A stretch of DNA of 64,000 nt from Longimicrobiales bacterium (lineage in GTDB: Bacteria > Gemmatimonadota > Gemmatimonadetes > Longimicrobiales > Gaopeijiaceae). Shown here in pieces: positions 20,346 through 32,823 of this stretch. The notes under the pieces were generated by a model, which searched no databases, was not told the origin of the DNA, and saw only the letters and a program-made list of their open reading frames with translations. Numbering within the stretch: the stretch's first letter is position 1; each line of letters begins with the position of its first letter. The DNA is taken from assembly GCA_965226375.1 (NCBI GenBank), contig CBDDCX010000006.1:416001-480000 (forward strand), given 5' to 3'. The translations under genes were made by a program, and so were the position numbers.

Positions 20346-21974
20346 ATGCGCGTCGCGAATCTGAAGACCGTAGCGCTCTCATCCCTCCTGATCGGGCTCA
20401 GCGCCTGTGAATCACGGAGCTTGGACCAGAGCGTCCAAGCTGAACCAGGAGCGATCGAAGCCCATCTGCGCTTCCTAGCGGATGACGATCTCGAGGGTCG
20501 CGAAACCGCTAGCCGGGGTCTACGGGTCAGCGAGAATTACGTAGCGGCACAGTTCAGATCGTACGGCCTAGAACCGGGTGGTGACGCAGGTACGTACTTC
20601 CAGACCGTTCCGCTGCGTCAGAGCGTTCGAGACCCCTCGGGGAGTCGATTCCGCCTCCAACGTGACGGGAGTGGTGCTGAGCTTACGGCCGGGGCCGACT
20701 TCTTCGTCTCGCCGGCAATGGTGAACGCCGAAAGCTCCGTTACGGCCCCTGTCGTCTTCGTGGGTCACGGCCTTTACGCTCCGGATCAGGACATCGACGA
20801 CTACGCGGGCCTGGACGTAAGCGGGAAGATCGTCGCGTTTCTGGGGGATCGACCGCCGGCCTTCTTTCTGTTGGATCCGCATCTGCGACTCCCGCCATCC
20901 CAAGTAGCCGACTTGCTGGGCGCGGTCGCTAGTATTTCGCTGTCGCCGGCGGAACAGAGTGAAGACGTGTTCGCGGACCGGGCAAAGCCCAGGCTCCGCT
21001 CGCGGACGAGTTGGGTCGATGCTGAAGGGCGCCCGCATACGCAGGCGCGGGCTACGGTGGGGACGGAGATCCAGGCTACGCTCAGTGGAAGCGCCAGTTC
21101 ACGCCTGTTCCGGGGCGCGCTACGATCCTACTCCGAGGTGCTCGACGAGGCCGGGTCCGGTGAGGGCCCCGTCGCCGGGTTCGAACTCCCAATCGAAGCC
21201 ACGATCGGCCAGGCGTCGATCCATACGGACGCATCGAGCCGTAACGTTCTCTCCATCCTCAGAGGGTCGGACCCCGAGCTCTCAAACGAATACATCGTCA
21301 TCACAGCTCATCTGGACCACGTAGGCATCGGTGAAGCGATCGACGGCGACAGCATCTACAATGGTGCGATGGACAACGCCACGGGCACCGCCATGATGTT
21401 GGAGGTGGCACGGCTCCTGGCATTGGCCCCCGCCCGCCCGAAACGCTCGATTCTGTTCTTCGCCACCACGGCGGAGGAGCACGGGCTCGTCGGATCGAGC
21501 TACTTCGTGCTGAACTCCACAGTGCCGCACGAGAGCATGGTGGCGAACATCAACCTGGATGCACCCAGGATGTTTTTTCCGTTCGACGAGCTCATCGCGT
21601 TCGGCGCCGAGCACTCTACCACATTGCTGACGTCGCTCCGTGAGACGGCCGAGGGCCTGAACTACACCGTGGATGACAGCATCTGGTTCGAATCAGGCGC
21701 AAGCGATCACTTCAGCTTTCTACAGTCCGGCATACCCGGTACCCGGTTCATCCCCGCCCTGGTGTCGACGGATCCTGAGATCGACGCTGACGAGATCATG
21801 GCCAGGTATCGGCCTCACACGCCCTCGGACGACCTGTCCATGCCCCTCGACTACGACGTCGCCGCCACGTTCGTGGATATCGTGCGAGCCACCGTGCATC
21901 GGATGGCCGACTCGGAGATCGACTTCGCGCTGAATGAGGGAGACCCGCTGTTCGGCTGGCCTATGGCTCGTTAG
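20346..21974 (+). CDS. M28-family peptidase lipoprotein with PA domain
   Basis: LSAC lipobox, ITAHLDH, NGAMDNATG, AEEHGLVGS and SDHFSF. Confidence 0.92.
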   Translation: MRVANLKTVALSSLLIGLSACESRSLDQSVQAEPGAIEAHLRFLADDDLEGRETASRGLRVSENYVAAQFRSYGLEPGGDAGTYFQTVPLRQSVRDPSGSRFRLQRDGSGAELTAGADFFVSPAMVNAESSVTAPVVFVGHGLYAPDQDIDDYAGLDVSGKIVAFLGDRPPAFFLLDPHLRLPPSQVADLLGAVASISLSPAEQSEDVFADRAKPRLRSRTSWVDAEGRPHTQARATVGTEIQATLSGSASSRLFRGALRSYSEVLDEAGSGEGPVAGFELPIEATIGQASIHTDASSRNVLSILRGSDPELSNEYIVITAHLDHVGIGEAIDGDSIYNGAMDNATGTAMMLEVARLLALAPARPKRSILFFATTAEEHGLVGSSYFVLNSTVPHESMVANINLDAPRMFFPFDELIAFGAEHSTTLLTSLRETAEGLNYTVDDSIWFESGASDHFSFLQSGIPGTRFIPALVSTDPEIDADEIMARYRPHTPSDDLSMPLDYDVAATFVDIVRATVHRMADSEIDFALNEGDPLFGWPMAR

Positions 21975-21980
21975 CCCCCC

Positions 21981-23579
21981 CTAGGGAATCAGTCCCGCCT
22001 GAGGATCACTGCGCTGTGGATCCCGGCACTGCGGCCACTCGGCGACCTCACGTGCAGGCCGACGACCGCGACTCGGGGCCATGGCGGGAAGTGACCGCCG
22101 GTCCCGCGGCATCATCTCGGGATCTTCCGAGGCCAAGTAGACGAGCATGGCGGTGAGCGTCGCGTTATTCCGCACCTCCTCGGGTACGATCTTGTCGTAC
22201 GTGTCGAGGTTGGTATGGTGCGTATACGTGCCGTAATCCCAGCTCAGGGAGCTGATGCCGAACGCCGGCGCTCCCGCGCAGATGAACGAGCTGCTGTCGG
22301 TGCCGCCCGTTCCCGGCACGGAGGGCGAGTTGAGGGTGATGTGCTGTGTGATCGACTCGGGTACCTGAGTCAGCCAGCGGGCGAAGTACTCCGCCGCCCT
22401 CGTGAGCCCCTGGGTGGAGATCCTCACAACGCGCCCCGTGCCGTTGTCCTGGTTGAAGAGCGCCTGCATGCCCTCGACCACCTCCGGATGGTCCTCCCGC
22501 CACGCTTCCGAACCGTTCAGGCCCTGCTCCTCGCCGCTCCAGTGCCCGGCGATGATCGTGCGCATCGGGTTGGGATAAGCCTCGGCGAGGATCCGCATGG
22601 CCTCCATCATCACGATCGTGCCGGTCCCGTTGTCGGTGGCACCGGACCCGGTGTCCCAGGAGTCGAAGTGAGCCGAGAGCATGACGTACTCGTCCGGATT
22701 CGTCGTGCCGGGCACCGTGGCGATCGTGTTGTACGTAGGAGCCACCCCCGTGAACTCGACGTCGACGTCGGCGCGTAAGACGGGTCCCTGCCCGTGCTCT
22801 GCGAGCCGATAGACCAAGCCGTAGTCCTCGCAGGCCAGATCCAGGGTGGGAACGGTCCGCACCCGCGCTCGGCTGACGCCCAGGGTACCGTCGTATCTCC
22901 AGCTCGACTGCAGCAGTCCGAGGGACCCCACATCGCCCAGCCGAGCCCGAATGTCATCGAGACTCAGCCCGGTGGGCTCTACACGGGTCCGGTTGAAGTC
23001 GGCATCCGCAGCGTCCTGAGCGGCGGCCGACCGCTCCAGCGCTCCGGGCGTTCCGAACTCTACGAAATTTCGGTCCGGCCGGCAGGACAACAGCGCGGGC
23101 ACGATCAGGACGAACTTCCCCCGGGCTTGGGGCAACCAGGCCTCGAACTCCGAGACCCTGGACACTCTGGGAAGGAGCACCACCCCCCCCTCCACGGGCC
23201 CGTCGGTCCCGGCGCTCCATGCGGGCACTTCGGCAATGAGCGTCTTTACGCGTGGAGCGATCAAGTCAACGTGGTGAATACCGCGCCGCCACCCGGTCCA
23301 AGTGCCGTATTCCTCGTTCTCGGCTTCGATTCCCCAAGAGGCATAGGTCTTCGCCGCCCAGTCGTGCGCAGCGAGCTGCCCCGGAGAGCCGGTGAGGCGA
23401 GGGCCGACGGAGTCCATGAGGACCTGTGCCAGCTCCGTGGCAAGGGACCGCTCCATCCCCAACTGCCAGATACGCTCCAGTACGGGGTCGTCCGTTCTGA
23501 AGCTCTGCGCCTGAGCCGTGCACGGTACCACAGTCAGCGCATACATGATGCTGGCAATCCATCTGATCGTCGTCCTCAT
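21981..23579 (-). CDS. M28-family (carboxypeptidase Q-like) peptidase
   Basis: GPRLTGS, LSAHFDSWD, GATDNGTG, GEEQGLNGS and HHTNLDTYD. Confidence 0.92.
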   Translation of the reverse strand: MRTTIRWIASIMYALTVVPCTAQAQSFRTDDPVLERIWQLGMERSLATELAQVLMDSVGPRLTGSPGQLAAHDWAAKTYASWGIEAENEEYGTWTGWRRGIHHVDLIAPRVKTLIAEVPAWSAGTDGPVEGGVVLLPRVSRVSEFEAWLPQARGKFVLIVPALLSCRPDRNFVEFGTPGALERSAAAQDAADADFNRTRVEPTGLSLDDIRARLGDVGSLGLLQSSWRYDGTLGVSRARVRTVPTLDLACEDYGLVYRLAEHGQGPVLRADVDVEFTGVAPTYNTIATVPGTTNPDEYVMLSAHFDSWDTGSGATDNGTGTIVMMEAMRILAEAYPNPMRTIIAGHWSGEEQGLNGSEAWREDHPEVVEGMQALFNQDNGTGRVVRISTQGLTRAAEYFARWLTQVPESITQHITLNSPSVPGTGGTDSSSFICAGAPAFGISSLSWDYGTYTHHTNLDTYDKIVPEEVRNNATLTAMLVYLASEDPEMMPRDRRSLPAMAPSRGRRPAREVAEWPQCRDPQRSDPQAGLIP

Positions 23580-23802
23580 CGTACTCTACCCCTCGGCCCG
23601 GGTGGTGGAATCGAACTCGATGCGTATCGTGGGCTTGGGGTGGCTCTTGTGCAATGCCCTCTTCGCGCCCCCGCCGCCCCTCTCCCGAGCCAGGTGTCGC
23701 CCGTATATTGCCCGCGGTCCGGTTTCCGCGCCTCCGGGCACATACCGAGCCTTTGGGGACGACCGAGCAGCGCCTAATCGCCACAGGTAGAACTGAACGC
23801 AC

Positions 23803-25065
23803 ATGCTCCTCCGCACGCAGATCCTCTTAGGGCTCGTTGCCGGCGCCTTGGCGGGGGTGGCGGCTCAGCTCCTGGAGATCGAGTGGCTCCGGGTGGCACT
23901 CATCTCGATCCAGCCTCTCGGCGATGCGTTCATCCGGCTTATCACCATGGTGGTTGTGCCTTTGGTCGTCGCCAGCCTCTTCGTAGGTGCCGCCTCGCTC
24001 GGCGACGTGCGCAAGTTGGGCCACATCGGACGTAGGACCCTCGTGTTCTTTCTGGTCACTACCGTCATCGCGACCCTGATCGGCCTCGGCCTAGGCCTCG
24101 CTTTTACCCCCGGAGAGGGGATGGACCCCGCGGTACGTGACGCCCTGGCGGCGGACTTTCAGGGGGACCGGACCACAGCCGCCGTTGCGAACGCACAGAC
24201 CGCCCCCGGCCTGACACAGATCCTGGTGGAAATGATCCCGCGCAATCCCTTCGCCGCCGCCGCGGAGATGGACCTGCTGCCGTTGATCATCGCCACGCTC
24301 CTGTTCGGCGCGGCAGCCACGGTGCTGGAGCCTGCCAGGCGGGCTGCGGTAGTGGGGTGCTTCGACGGGATCAACGGAATGTGCGTTGTTGTGATCCATT
24401 GGGTCATGAAGCTCGCGCCGTATGCCGTGTTCGCTCTGATTGCTTCTGTGGTGGCTCGGTTCGGCTGGGAGCTCCTCCAGAGCCTGCTCCTCTACTCGGC
24501 GCTCACAGCGATCGGTCTTGTGCTGCATGCGAGTGTCGTACTCGGCACGGCACTGCGCACTCTGGCCCATCGCAGTCCGCTGGCGTTCCTGCGAGCCGTA
24601 GCCGAAGCGCCCCTTCTGGCGTTCTCGACCTCGTCGTCCAACGCTACTCTGCCCGTCAGCATCGACGTCGCCCGTGAGAAGCTCGGCATCTCGACGGAGG
24701 TGACGGGATTCGTGCTTCCCCTCGGGGCGACCCTGAACATGAACGGTTCGGCGCTATACAAGGCGCTCACGGCCGTCTTCATCGCGCAGGTCTACGGACT
24801 CTCGTTGGGCGTCGGCGAAATTGTGACGATCGTCTTCACGGCAACGCTCGCCGCGGTGGCCGGGGCCGGCGTGCCCGGAAGCTCGCTGGTCACGACACTG
24901 ATCGTCTTGAACGCGATTGGCCTCGGACCACAAGCGGCGGCCGGGATCGCCCTGGTGGTGGGCGTCGATCGTATTCTCGACATGCTGCGCACCACAGTAA
25001 ATGTGCTCGGCGATCTGGTGTGTGTGGCCTATGTCGGGCGAAGCGAGGCCGGCGCCCAGAGTTAA
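23803..25065 (+). CDS. Dicarboxylate/amino acid:cation symporter (DAACS, GltP-like)
   Basis: AFSTSSSNATLP, LPLGATLNMNG and GVDRILDMLRTTVNVLGD. Confidence 0.95.
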   Translation: MLLRTQILLGLVAGALAGVAAQLLEIEWLRVALISIQPLGDAFIRLITMVVVPLVVASLFVGAASLGDVRKLGHIGRRTLVFFLVTTVIATLIGLGLGLAFTPGEGMDPAVRDALAADFQGDRTTAAVANAQTAPGLTQILVEMIPRNPFAAAAEMDLLPLIIATLLFGAAATVLEPARRAAVVGCFDGINGMCVVVIHWVMKLAPYAVFALIASVVARFGWELLQSLLLYSALTAIGLVLHASVVLGTALRTLAHRSPLAFLRAVAEAPLLAFSTSSSNATLPVSIDVAREKLGISTEVTGFVLPLGATLNMNGSALYKALTAVFIAQVYGLSLGVGEIVTIVFTATLAAVAGAGVPGSSLVTTLIVLNAIGLGPQAAAGIALVVGVDRILDMLRTTVNVLGDLVCVAYVGRSEAGAQS

Positions 25066-25182
25066 TCCGGCCCGCCAACCTTCGGAGTCCAGGGGCCGTC
25101 TAAGTTTCCTAGACGCAGGGGTGGAACGCGGAGAGAGCCGTGAGGCGCCCCCTCTGCCGCAACGACTCGTGAAGGGACTCCT

Positions 25183-27664
25183 ATGGATTCGCTCGCCCAG
25201 GACTTGAAGTATGTATTCCGCTCGCTCGCGAGGCGTCCGGGCTTCACCGCCGCAGTCCTCCTCACGCTTGGCCTCGGCATCGCCGCCAACACGGCTATCT
25301 TCAGCGTGGTCAACGGTGTGCTCCTCCAGCCCCTCCCGTTCGAGTCGCCGGAGCGCCTTGTCACCCCGGACGTGATGTCGACGAAGGGCTTCTACATCTC
25401 GACGTCGATTCCCAACTACTACGACTGGAAGGACCGGTCGCGCTCCTTCGAGTCATTCGGTGCCTACCGGGGCACGAGTGCCGTCTTGACGGGCCTAGAC
25501 CGGCCGGAGGTGATCCGCGTTCGGCAGGTGTTGGGCGACTTCTTTACCGTGCTCGGAGTCGATGCTGCAAGGGGCCGTACCATAACCGCTCAGGAGGCGG
25601 AACCCGGGGCCGCTGCCCTCGCTGTGCTCAGCCACAACTTCTGGCAGGAGCAACTGGGGGGAGACCCAGGAGTCCTCGGGCGCTCGCTGTCCATCGACGG
25701 CGAGCCATTCCAGGTCATCGGCGTGATGCCTGAAGGCTTCGCTTTCCCGTCACCCAGCGATGACGTCTACCTTCCCATGGGACACTTCTCCGACGACCTC
25801 TCCTGGAACGCGCGGGGCAGCTCGTCGGGCACACGAGCTGTCGCCAGACTCCTGCCTGGGGTAAGCATCGATCTGGCGCAGGTAGATCTCGATCGAATAA
25901 CAACCGCCATTCGCGAGACGGAAGACGAGAACGCAGCCGCGCCGATCCTGGTGTCGGTGACCGAGCGCTACGTCGGAGACATCAGGGCTCCCCTTTGGAT
26001 GTTGATGGGCGCCGTAGCTTTCGTGCTACTGATCGCGTGTGCGAATGTTGCCAACCTCTTATTGGCCCGAGGCGAGGGTAGGCAGAAAGAGCTGGCTCTC
26101 CGTGCGGCCCTTGGCGCAAATCGCCATCGGGTCGTGCGCCAACTTCTGACCGAGAGCCTGGTGCTGGGGCTTTCTGGAGGTCTCATGGGAATCGGCCTGG
26201 CCTACGTCGCGGTGGCGGCCATGGAGGGTGCACTGCCCACCAGCCTTCCGGCTCTGATGGTCGGGCGTGTCTCGATCGACCTTACGGTGCTGCTCTTTAC
26301 CCTGACGCTCGCGGTGGCGACGGGGCTGATCTTCGGCTTCGTCCCCGCTCTTCGGTCGTCGAGACCCGATCTGCTGTCCACACTCAAAGAGGGCGGGCGT
26401 GGCCGTTCGGTCGGTGGCCGCCACGGAATGCGGGGGGCACTCGTCATCGCAGAAGTGGGGGCTGTCGCTCGTTCTCCTCGCCGGCGCCGGGCTCCTTATC
26501 AAGAGCCTCGATCAACTCCAGCGGGTGGACAAGGGCTTCGACGAAACGAACGTACTCACCATGAGGGTTCCCCTCTCCGACGCGAAGTACCCCGAGGAGG
26601 AGATGTGGCGAGCCTTCAATCAGGAACTGCTGCAGCGAACGCGTGCGCTCCCTGGCGTACAACACGCTGCCGTCGCGAACAGTATCCCATTGGGCGGGAG
26701 CAACTCGGAGAGATCCATCTCGCCCGAGGGGGTAGCCGTGTTCGACCAGGAAAACCGCCACTCCGTTCTGAATACCATCGCCTCGGTCGGCTACTTCGAG
26801 GCCATGGGCATTGAGATCGTTCGCGGTCGCGGCTTCATCAGTGCAGACGATGCGGGGGCCCCTCTGGTGGCCGTGATCGACGAGACGATGGCGGAGAAGT
26901 TCTGGCCGGGGGAGGACCCCATCGGCAAGCGGATCACAACGGAATTCGCACCGGCGACGACGGGGGCCACGCCGGCGATGAACCAACGGCCCACCGCTGC
27001 CAACAGCGTGCCGATTTATCGCACCGTCATCGGAGTGGCGGCGCACGTGCGATTCTACGACCTGCAAGAACCGTCGCGCATCGAGCTCTACCGGCCTCTG
27101 AAGCAGTCGGGGCGCAGTTGGGGCTTCTCTCCGACCCTGATCGTGAAGAGTACAGCAGACCCGGCGCCCTTGGTGCAGAGCATCCGGGGCGAGATCACGT
27201 CCATGGATACGGACCAGCCGGTTCAGTTCGTGCGAACGATGTCAGCGGTGATCGACTCACAGCTGGCCACCTTCGCCGCGATGCGAGGCCTACTGGTCAT
27301 TTTCGGGGCTATCGCCCTCGTTCTGGCTGCCATCGGCATCTACGGAGTCATGTCCTACTCCGTAGCCCAGCGCAGGCGCGAAGTCGGCATTCGTATGGCC
27401 CTGGGTGCAGAGGCTCGCCAGGTACGGTGGCTCATGTCCCGACAGGGTCTGAGGCGCGCTCTATTCGGACTCGGGCTGGGGACGGTCGGTACGCTGGCGG
27501 TAACCCGTGCGCTTCAGAGCCTTCTGTACGGGATCGGAGGCACGGAACCCGCCACGCTGCTCGCCGTCTCGGGCATTCTCATGGGTGTGTCCCTTCTCGC
27601 GGCCTACGTTCCGGCCCGTCGTGCCACGCGAATCGATCCCGCGGTGGTGCTGAGAGAGGAGTAG
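25183..27664 (+). CDS. ADOP-type duplicated MacB/FtsX ABC permease (one frameshift near 26460)
   Basis: DLKYVFRSLARRPGF, VLLIACANVANLLL, EVGIRMALGA and ARRATRIDP; two ORFs meet in a G-run. Confidence 0.9.
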
Positions 27665-27696
27665 GACAACACCCTCCCCCTGACAGGTGTCTGAAC

Positions 27697-27718
27697 ATTA
27701 GCAATACTTGGTGCTAAT
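27697..27718. promoter_or_regulatory. Inverted repeat upstream of the DUF5916 array
   Basis: ATTAGCA-N8-TGCTAAT in an AT-rich intergenic region. Confidence 0.35.
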
Positions 27719-27865
27719 AATTGCATAAGACTTCAGTAAGTCCTGGCTGGTGCGGCCGATGGGATGGCATGCTCGAGGGGTGAGGGGTTTGAGGGACGGC
27801 CCGATCCAGTGAGCAGGGTCCCCCGTCTCCCGCCCGGGTCGAGAAACATACGGGAGTCCTGGTAC

Positions 27866-30239
27866 ATGCTCGTTCCCCTTCTGGCGTTGTTACAGTTGGC
27901 ACCCGCCACCGCGCAGCAGTCGGCCGCTGTAGTCGTCCAGCGCCCCACCGCAGCCACCGTGATCTATAGCGGTGTAGACGGCGATGTGGATGTCGCCGTG
28001 CCGCGGCTCGAGCTCGACATCGAGGTCGACGGCGTCCTGGACGAATCCGCTTGGGCCGACGCGTCCGTTCTGACGGGCTTTTCTCAGTATCGTCCCGTGG
28101 ATGGTCTTGCAGCCGAGGACAACACCGAAATCCTGGTCTGGTACTCACCGACCGCCATCCACTTCGGCATCCGGGCGTTCGAGCCCCACGGAGCGGTGAA
28201 CTCAACGCTCGCCGACCGTGACAAGATCCAGAACGACGATCATGTCCAGATTCTCCTCGACACGTTCGACGACGGTCGCACCGCTACCGTGTTCGGCGTG
28301 AACCCCCTGGGAGTGCAGTCGGATGGGTCACGCGTGGATCGGGGGGCGCAGGGGGGGCGGCATCATCCGGCGGGACGGCGGTGATCCCGTCGATTTGAGC
28401 CCGGACTTCCTTTACGAGACAAAGGGGCGGATAACGGACTACGGGTACGAGGTCGAGATGCGTATCCCCTTCAAGAGCCTCTCTTTTCAGTCCGACGACG
28501 TGCAGAGCTGGGGGATCAACGTCATCCGTAGAGTCCAACACTCGGGACGGGAGCAGACCTGGACAGCAGTCCAACAGGGACGGGCTTCTTTCCTGGCTCA
28601 GGGTGGCACGCTGCTCGATTTGAGAGGCTTAGACCGTGGGCTGGTGCTGGACATTAATCCTGTGCTCACCTCGGCCATCGACGGGACGCCCAACACCGCG
28701 GGTTGGGATTACGACACCTCCACCCCCCAGCTCGGGGGAAACGTGCGGTGGGGGATCACCAGCAACCTGACCATGAATGGCACGGTCAACCCGGACTTCT
28801 CCCAGGTGGAAGCCGACGCCGGCCAGACCCAGTTCGACCCGCGCAGTGCTGTCTTTTTCGCAGAGAAAAGGCCCTTCTTCTTGGAAGGCAGCGAGAATTT
28901 TCGGACTCCGAACCGGCTCATCTACACCCGACGAATCGTGAGCCCGCACGGCGCCGCAAAGTTCACGGGTAAGGTATCGGGCACTGAGTTGGCCTTCTTG
29001 TCAGCCGTGGACGAAGATCTCGCGGGCAGCGGACACCGCCCGCTCTTCAACATTCTCAGAGTCAAGCGAGACATCGGCGAGGAGTCGACCCTGGGAGTCG
29101 CGTATACCGATCGGGTTGAGGGGTCCGACTACAATCGGCTCGCCAGCGCCGATACCCGACTCGTCTTCGGGGGCATCTACGACGTACAAATGCAGGGGGC
29201 ACTGAGCTTCGACCAGACCGCATCCGTAAACCAGAACGGGCATCTGTGGGACACGAGCCTGCGACGCCAGGGCCGTGAGTTCGGGTTCAACCTCTCGTTC
29301 AAGGGCTTCTCCGACGACCTCATCGCGGGGAGTGGGTTCCTCGGAAGGGTGGGGACCGTCACGGCCAGGGGTGGCCCCAGCCTCACGCGTTTCGGAGACG
29401 CGGGCGCGTTCTTGGAGAGGTACAACGCACGCATGACCATGGAGTTCAGTTGGCTCCATCAGACGTTCATGAACGGGGGCGGGCCCGACAACTGGTTGAA
29501 GTACACGTTCGGAAATGACTTCACGCTGCGGGGTGGATGGAGTGTGGGGGCGTCGCTCCTCATCGAACGGTTCTATTATCCGGCCGAGCTCTACAGCGAC
29601 TACTACATCGAGACGCAGACCCCGACGGGACCGCAGATCGTGCCTTTTGTGGGCGAGCCCGCCCTCGACAACTATGACCTGGTGCTCACGCTACGCACCC
29701 CGAATTCGAGTCGCTTCAGCGCCAACACTTTTGTGATCTATGGCCAGGACGAGAACTTCGACGAGTGGGCGAGCGGATACATCTTCCTGTGGACCACGAA
29801 CGTGACCCTTCGGCCCACGGAGCAGCTCCGGGCGGAAGCCAGCTATACCCGACAGCAATACATCCGGAAGACCGACCGGAGCACGGTCCGCGTTCGCGAC
29901 ATACCCCGTCTCAAGCTGGAGTACCAGCTTACGCGCGCCATCTTCTTCCGCTTCGTGGGCCAGTATGACGCCACCAACGTGGACGATCTGCGTGACGACA
30001 CCCGAACCAACGATCCGATCGTGGTTCCCGACGGGGACGGCGGCTTTGAGAGAGTCACGGCGTGGACCCGCAACGACTTCCGCTTCGACGTGCTCTTCTC
30101 CTTCGAGCCCAACCCGGGGACGGTGATCTTCGCAGGTTACGGAAGCAGCCTGACCGAGAACAACTCGTTCAAGTTCAACAGCCTGGAGCGAACCAACGAC
30201 GGCTTCTTCATGAAGCTGAGCTATCTGTTCAGAATGTAG
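27866..30239 (+). CDS. CBM9-like + DUF5916 outer-membrane protein, paralog 1 (frameshift near 28350 in G-runs)
   Basis: VDGVLDE, LDTFDD, GYEVEMRIPF, TVNPDFSQVEAD, EKRPFFLEG and terminal KLSYLFRM. Confidence 0.88.
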
Positions 30240-30424
30240 CGCACGGAGCACCCTGTATCAGGGTTCGGCTGGCGAATGCGGATAGGTAGGGATGAAGTTT
30301 TCACCTGACAGTTCCGCGATCTCGTGCCACATTCCTTGTCTGGGACCCACACCCATTGTTCAGGACACGCGCAAGCTGTCGGAGGGCATCCCGCTCCCTT
30401 CCGTAGGCCCACGGGAGTTCGTTG

Positions 30425-32812
30425 ATGCTCGTACCGATGTTGGCCCTCCTGCAGGTGGCGGGCGGAGCCGCCGTAGCATCCGGCTCGACTTCACCCACCC
30501 ATCCCTCTCGTTCCATCTCCGAACCCGAGGTTTACAGCGGCACGTTGGGCCAGTTGGATGTTGTCGTACCCAGGCTGGAGATTGCGATAGAGGTGGACGG
30601 AGTCCTCGACGAGGCTCCGTGGTCCGACGCGGCGATGCTCACCGGGTTCTCAGAGTACAAGCCCGTGGACGGACTGCCAGCGGACGACAAGACGGAAGTC
30701 CTGGTTTGGTATTCACCCGACGCCATCCACTTCGGTATCCGGGCCTTCGAGCCCCACGGCCCACCGAACGCCAGTCTGGCCGACCGTGACAAGATCGAGG
30801 CCGATGATCACGTTCAGATCCTCCTCGACACCTTCAATGACGGCCGCAGCGCGGTCGTCTTCGGGGTGAATCCGTTCGGTGTTCAGTCGGACGGATCACG
30901 GGTCGAACAGCGTACGTCGACCCGAGTCACGAGCGCGACCCGAGGTCGGGACCCGGTCGACTTGAGCCAGGACTTCCTTTACGAGTCTCAAGGCCGGCTG
31001 ACCGAGTGGGGCTACGAGGTCGAAATGCGCATCCCCTTCAAGAGCCTCTCTTACCAATCGGAGGACACGCAGAGTTGGGGAATCAACGTCATTCGGAGAG
31101 TCCAGCACTCCGGCCATGAACAGACTTGGACCCCGGCGCTCGTAGGCCGAGCTTCGTTCCTCGCTCAAGGTGGAACGTTGCTCGACCTCGGCGGCTTCGA
31201 GCGGGGCCTTGTACTCGACATCAATCCGGTCGTCACCAGCTCCATCAACGGCGAGTCGCAAACGAGCGGTTGGGAGTACGATGCTCAGCAGCCCGAATTC
31301 GGTGGCAACATTCGCTGGGGGCTGACCAGCAACCTGACCATGAACGGCACCGTCAATCCGGATTTCTCCCAGGTGGAGGCCGACGAGGGGCGGACCCAAT
31401 ACGACCCTCGACGTGCGGTCTTCTTCTCCGAGAAGCGCCCGTTCTTTCTGGAGGGTAGCGAGTACTTCCAGACTCCGAATCGCCTGATCTACACTCGCCG
31501 GATTTCGAGCCCGGTCGCAGCGACCAAGTTCACCGGTAAGATCGGGGGCACGGAGATGGCCGTCCTCTCGGCAGCGGATGACAAGGCGTTGTCCGCCACT
31601 GGGGAGGACTACCCCATCTACAACCTGGTGCGCGTCAAACGGGACGTGGGCGACCAATCCACTGTGGGCATCGCCTACACCGACCGTATAGAGGGCTCCG
31701 ACTACAACCGGGTCGCGAGCGCGGACACCCGGTTCGTGTTCGGCGGCATCTACGACCTGCGCATGCAGGGGGCGATGAGCTTCGATCGGACGGACGGGAC
31801 CGAGACCGACGGGCACCTCTGGGACCTGAGCCTCGCACGGCGTGGCCGCCAGTTCGGGTGGGATGTCGTGTTCAAGGGCCTGGACGACGAGCTCATGGCC
31901 GGGAGCGGATTCCTAAGCCGAGTGGGGATCGTACAACTCAGGGGGAGCACGAGCCTGACAGGCTACGGTGAGCCCGGAGCCAAGGTCGAGCGATTCTCGG
32001 GTCGTATCAGCCTGGACACGAATTGGCGACACAAGACGTTCCTCGCCGGTGGAAGTCTCGACGAGTTCTGGAGGGGCAGTATCGGTGGCGACCTCACGAT
32101 ACGGGGTGGCTGGGCGCTGCGGGCATCGTTCATCACGGAGGAAGTCTTCTATCCGCACGAGCTGTACGCCGACTATGCCATCGAGAGTCCGACCGCTACG
32201 GGAACCGACACCATCCCCTACGTCGGCGTGCCGAAGATCGCCACCTACAACCTGAGCCTCGGCCTGACGTTACCGCGATCGCAGCACTTCAGCGGCAGCA
32301 CGTCTCTCCTCATCGGCGAGGACGTGAACTACGACGAGTGGGCCCCCGGGTATCTGTTCCTTTGGCGGAACACCCTGGTTTGGCGACCGACGGACCAGCT
32401 CCGCATCGAGGGGAGTTGGGTGCGCCAGCAATACTTGCGCAAAGTCGACAATAGCACGCTGCGCATCCGCGACCTTCCACGTCTCAAGGTCGAGTATCAG
32501 CTTACGCGTGCGATCTTCTTCCGCTTCGTGGGTCAGTACGACGCCACCAACGTGGACGACCTACGTGACGACACCCGAACCGAGAATCCGATCTTGGTCC
32601 GCAACAGCGACGGCATCTACGAGCCGGAGCTGGCATGGACCCGCAACGACTTCCGCGTCGACGGGCTCTTCTCGTTCGAGCCGAGCCCCGGAACGGTGAT
32701 CTTCGCCGGTTACGGCAGCAGCCTCACCGAGATCGACTCGTTTCGCTTCGATAGCCTGGAGCGGACAAGCGACGGGTTCTTCGTCAAGCTGAGCTACCTG
32801 CTGAGGATGTAG
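30425..32812 (+). CDS. CBM9-like + DUF5916 outer-membrane protein, paralog 2
   Basis: Same motifs; intact ORF. Confidence 0.92.
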   Translation: MLVPMLALLQVAGGAAVASGSTSPTHPSRSISEPEVYSGTLGQLDVVVPRLEIAIEVDGVLDEAPWSDAAMLTGFSEYKPVDGLPADDKTEVLVWYSPDAIHFGIRAFEPHGPPNASLADRDKIEADDHVQILLDTFNDGRSAVVFGVNPFGVQSDGSRVEQRTSTRVTSATRGRDPVDLSQDFLYESQGRLTEWGYEVEMRIPFKSLSYQSEDTQSWGINVIRRVQHSGHEQTWTPALVGRASFLAQGGTLLDLGGFERGLVLDINPVVTSSINGESQTSGWEYDAQQPEFGGNIRWGLTSNLTMNGTVNPDFSQVEADEGRTQYDPRRAVFFSEKRPFFLEGSEYFQTPNRLIYTRRISSPVAATKFTGKIGGTEMAVLSAADDKALSATGEDYPIYNLVRVKRDVGDQSTVGIAYTDRIEGSDYNRVASADTRFVFGGIYDLRMQGAMSFDRTDGTETDGHLWDLSLARRGRQFGWDVVFKGLDDELMAGSGFLSRVGIVQLRGSTSLTGYGEPGAKVERFSGRISLDTNWRHKTFLAGGSLDEFWRGSIGGDLTIRGGWALRASFITEEVFYPHELYADYAIESPTATGTDTIPYVGVPKIATYNLSLGLTLPRSQHFSGSTSLLIGEDVNYDEWAPGYLFLWRNTLVWRPTDQLRIEGSWVRQQYLRKVDNSTLRIRDLPRLKVEYQLTRAIFFRFVGQYDATNVDDLRDDTRTENPILVRNSDGIYEPELAWTRNDFRVDGLFSFEPSPGTVIFAGYGSSLTEIDSFRFDSLERTSDGFFVKLSYLLRM

Positions 32813-32823
32813 AGCCCTTCCAC

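Noticed and set aside
27697..27718. TTAGCA...TGCTAA as a CIRCE/HrcA operator
   Set aside because: Lacks the CTC/GAG inner arms and the correct spacing; no chaperone genes downstream.
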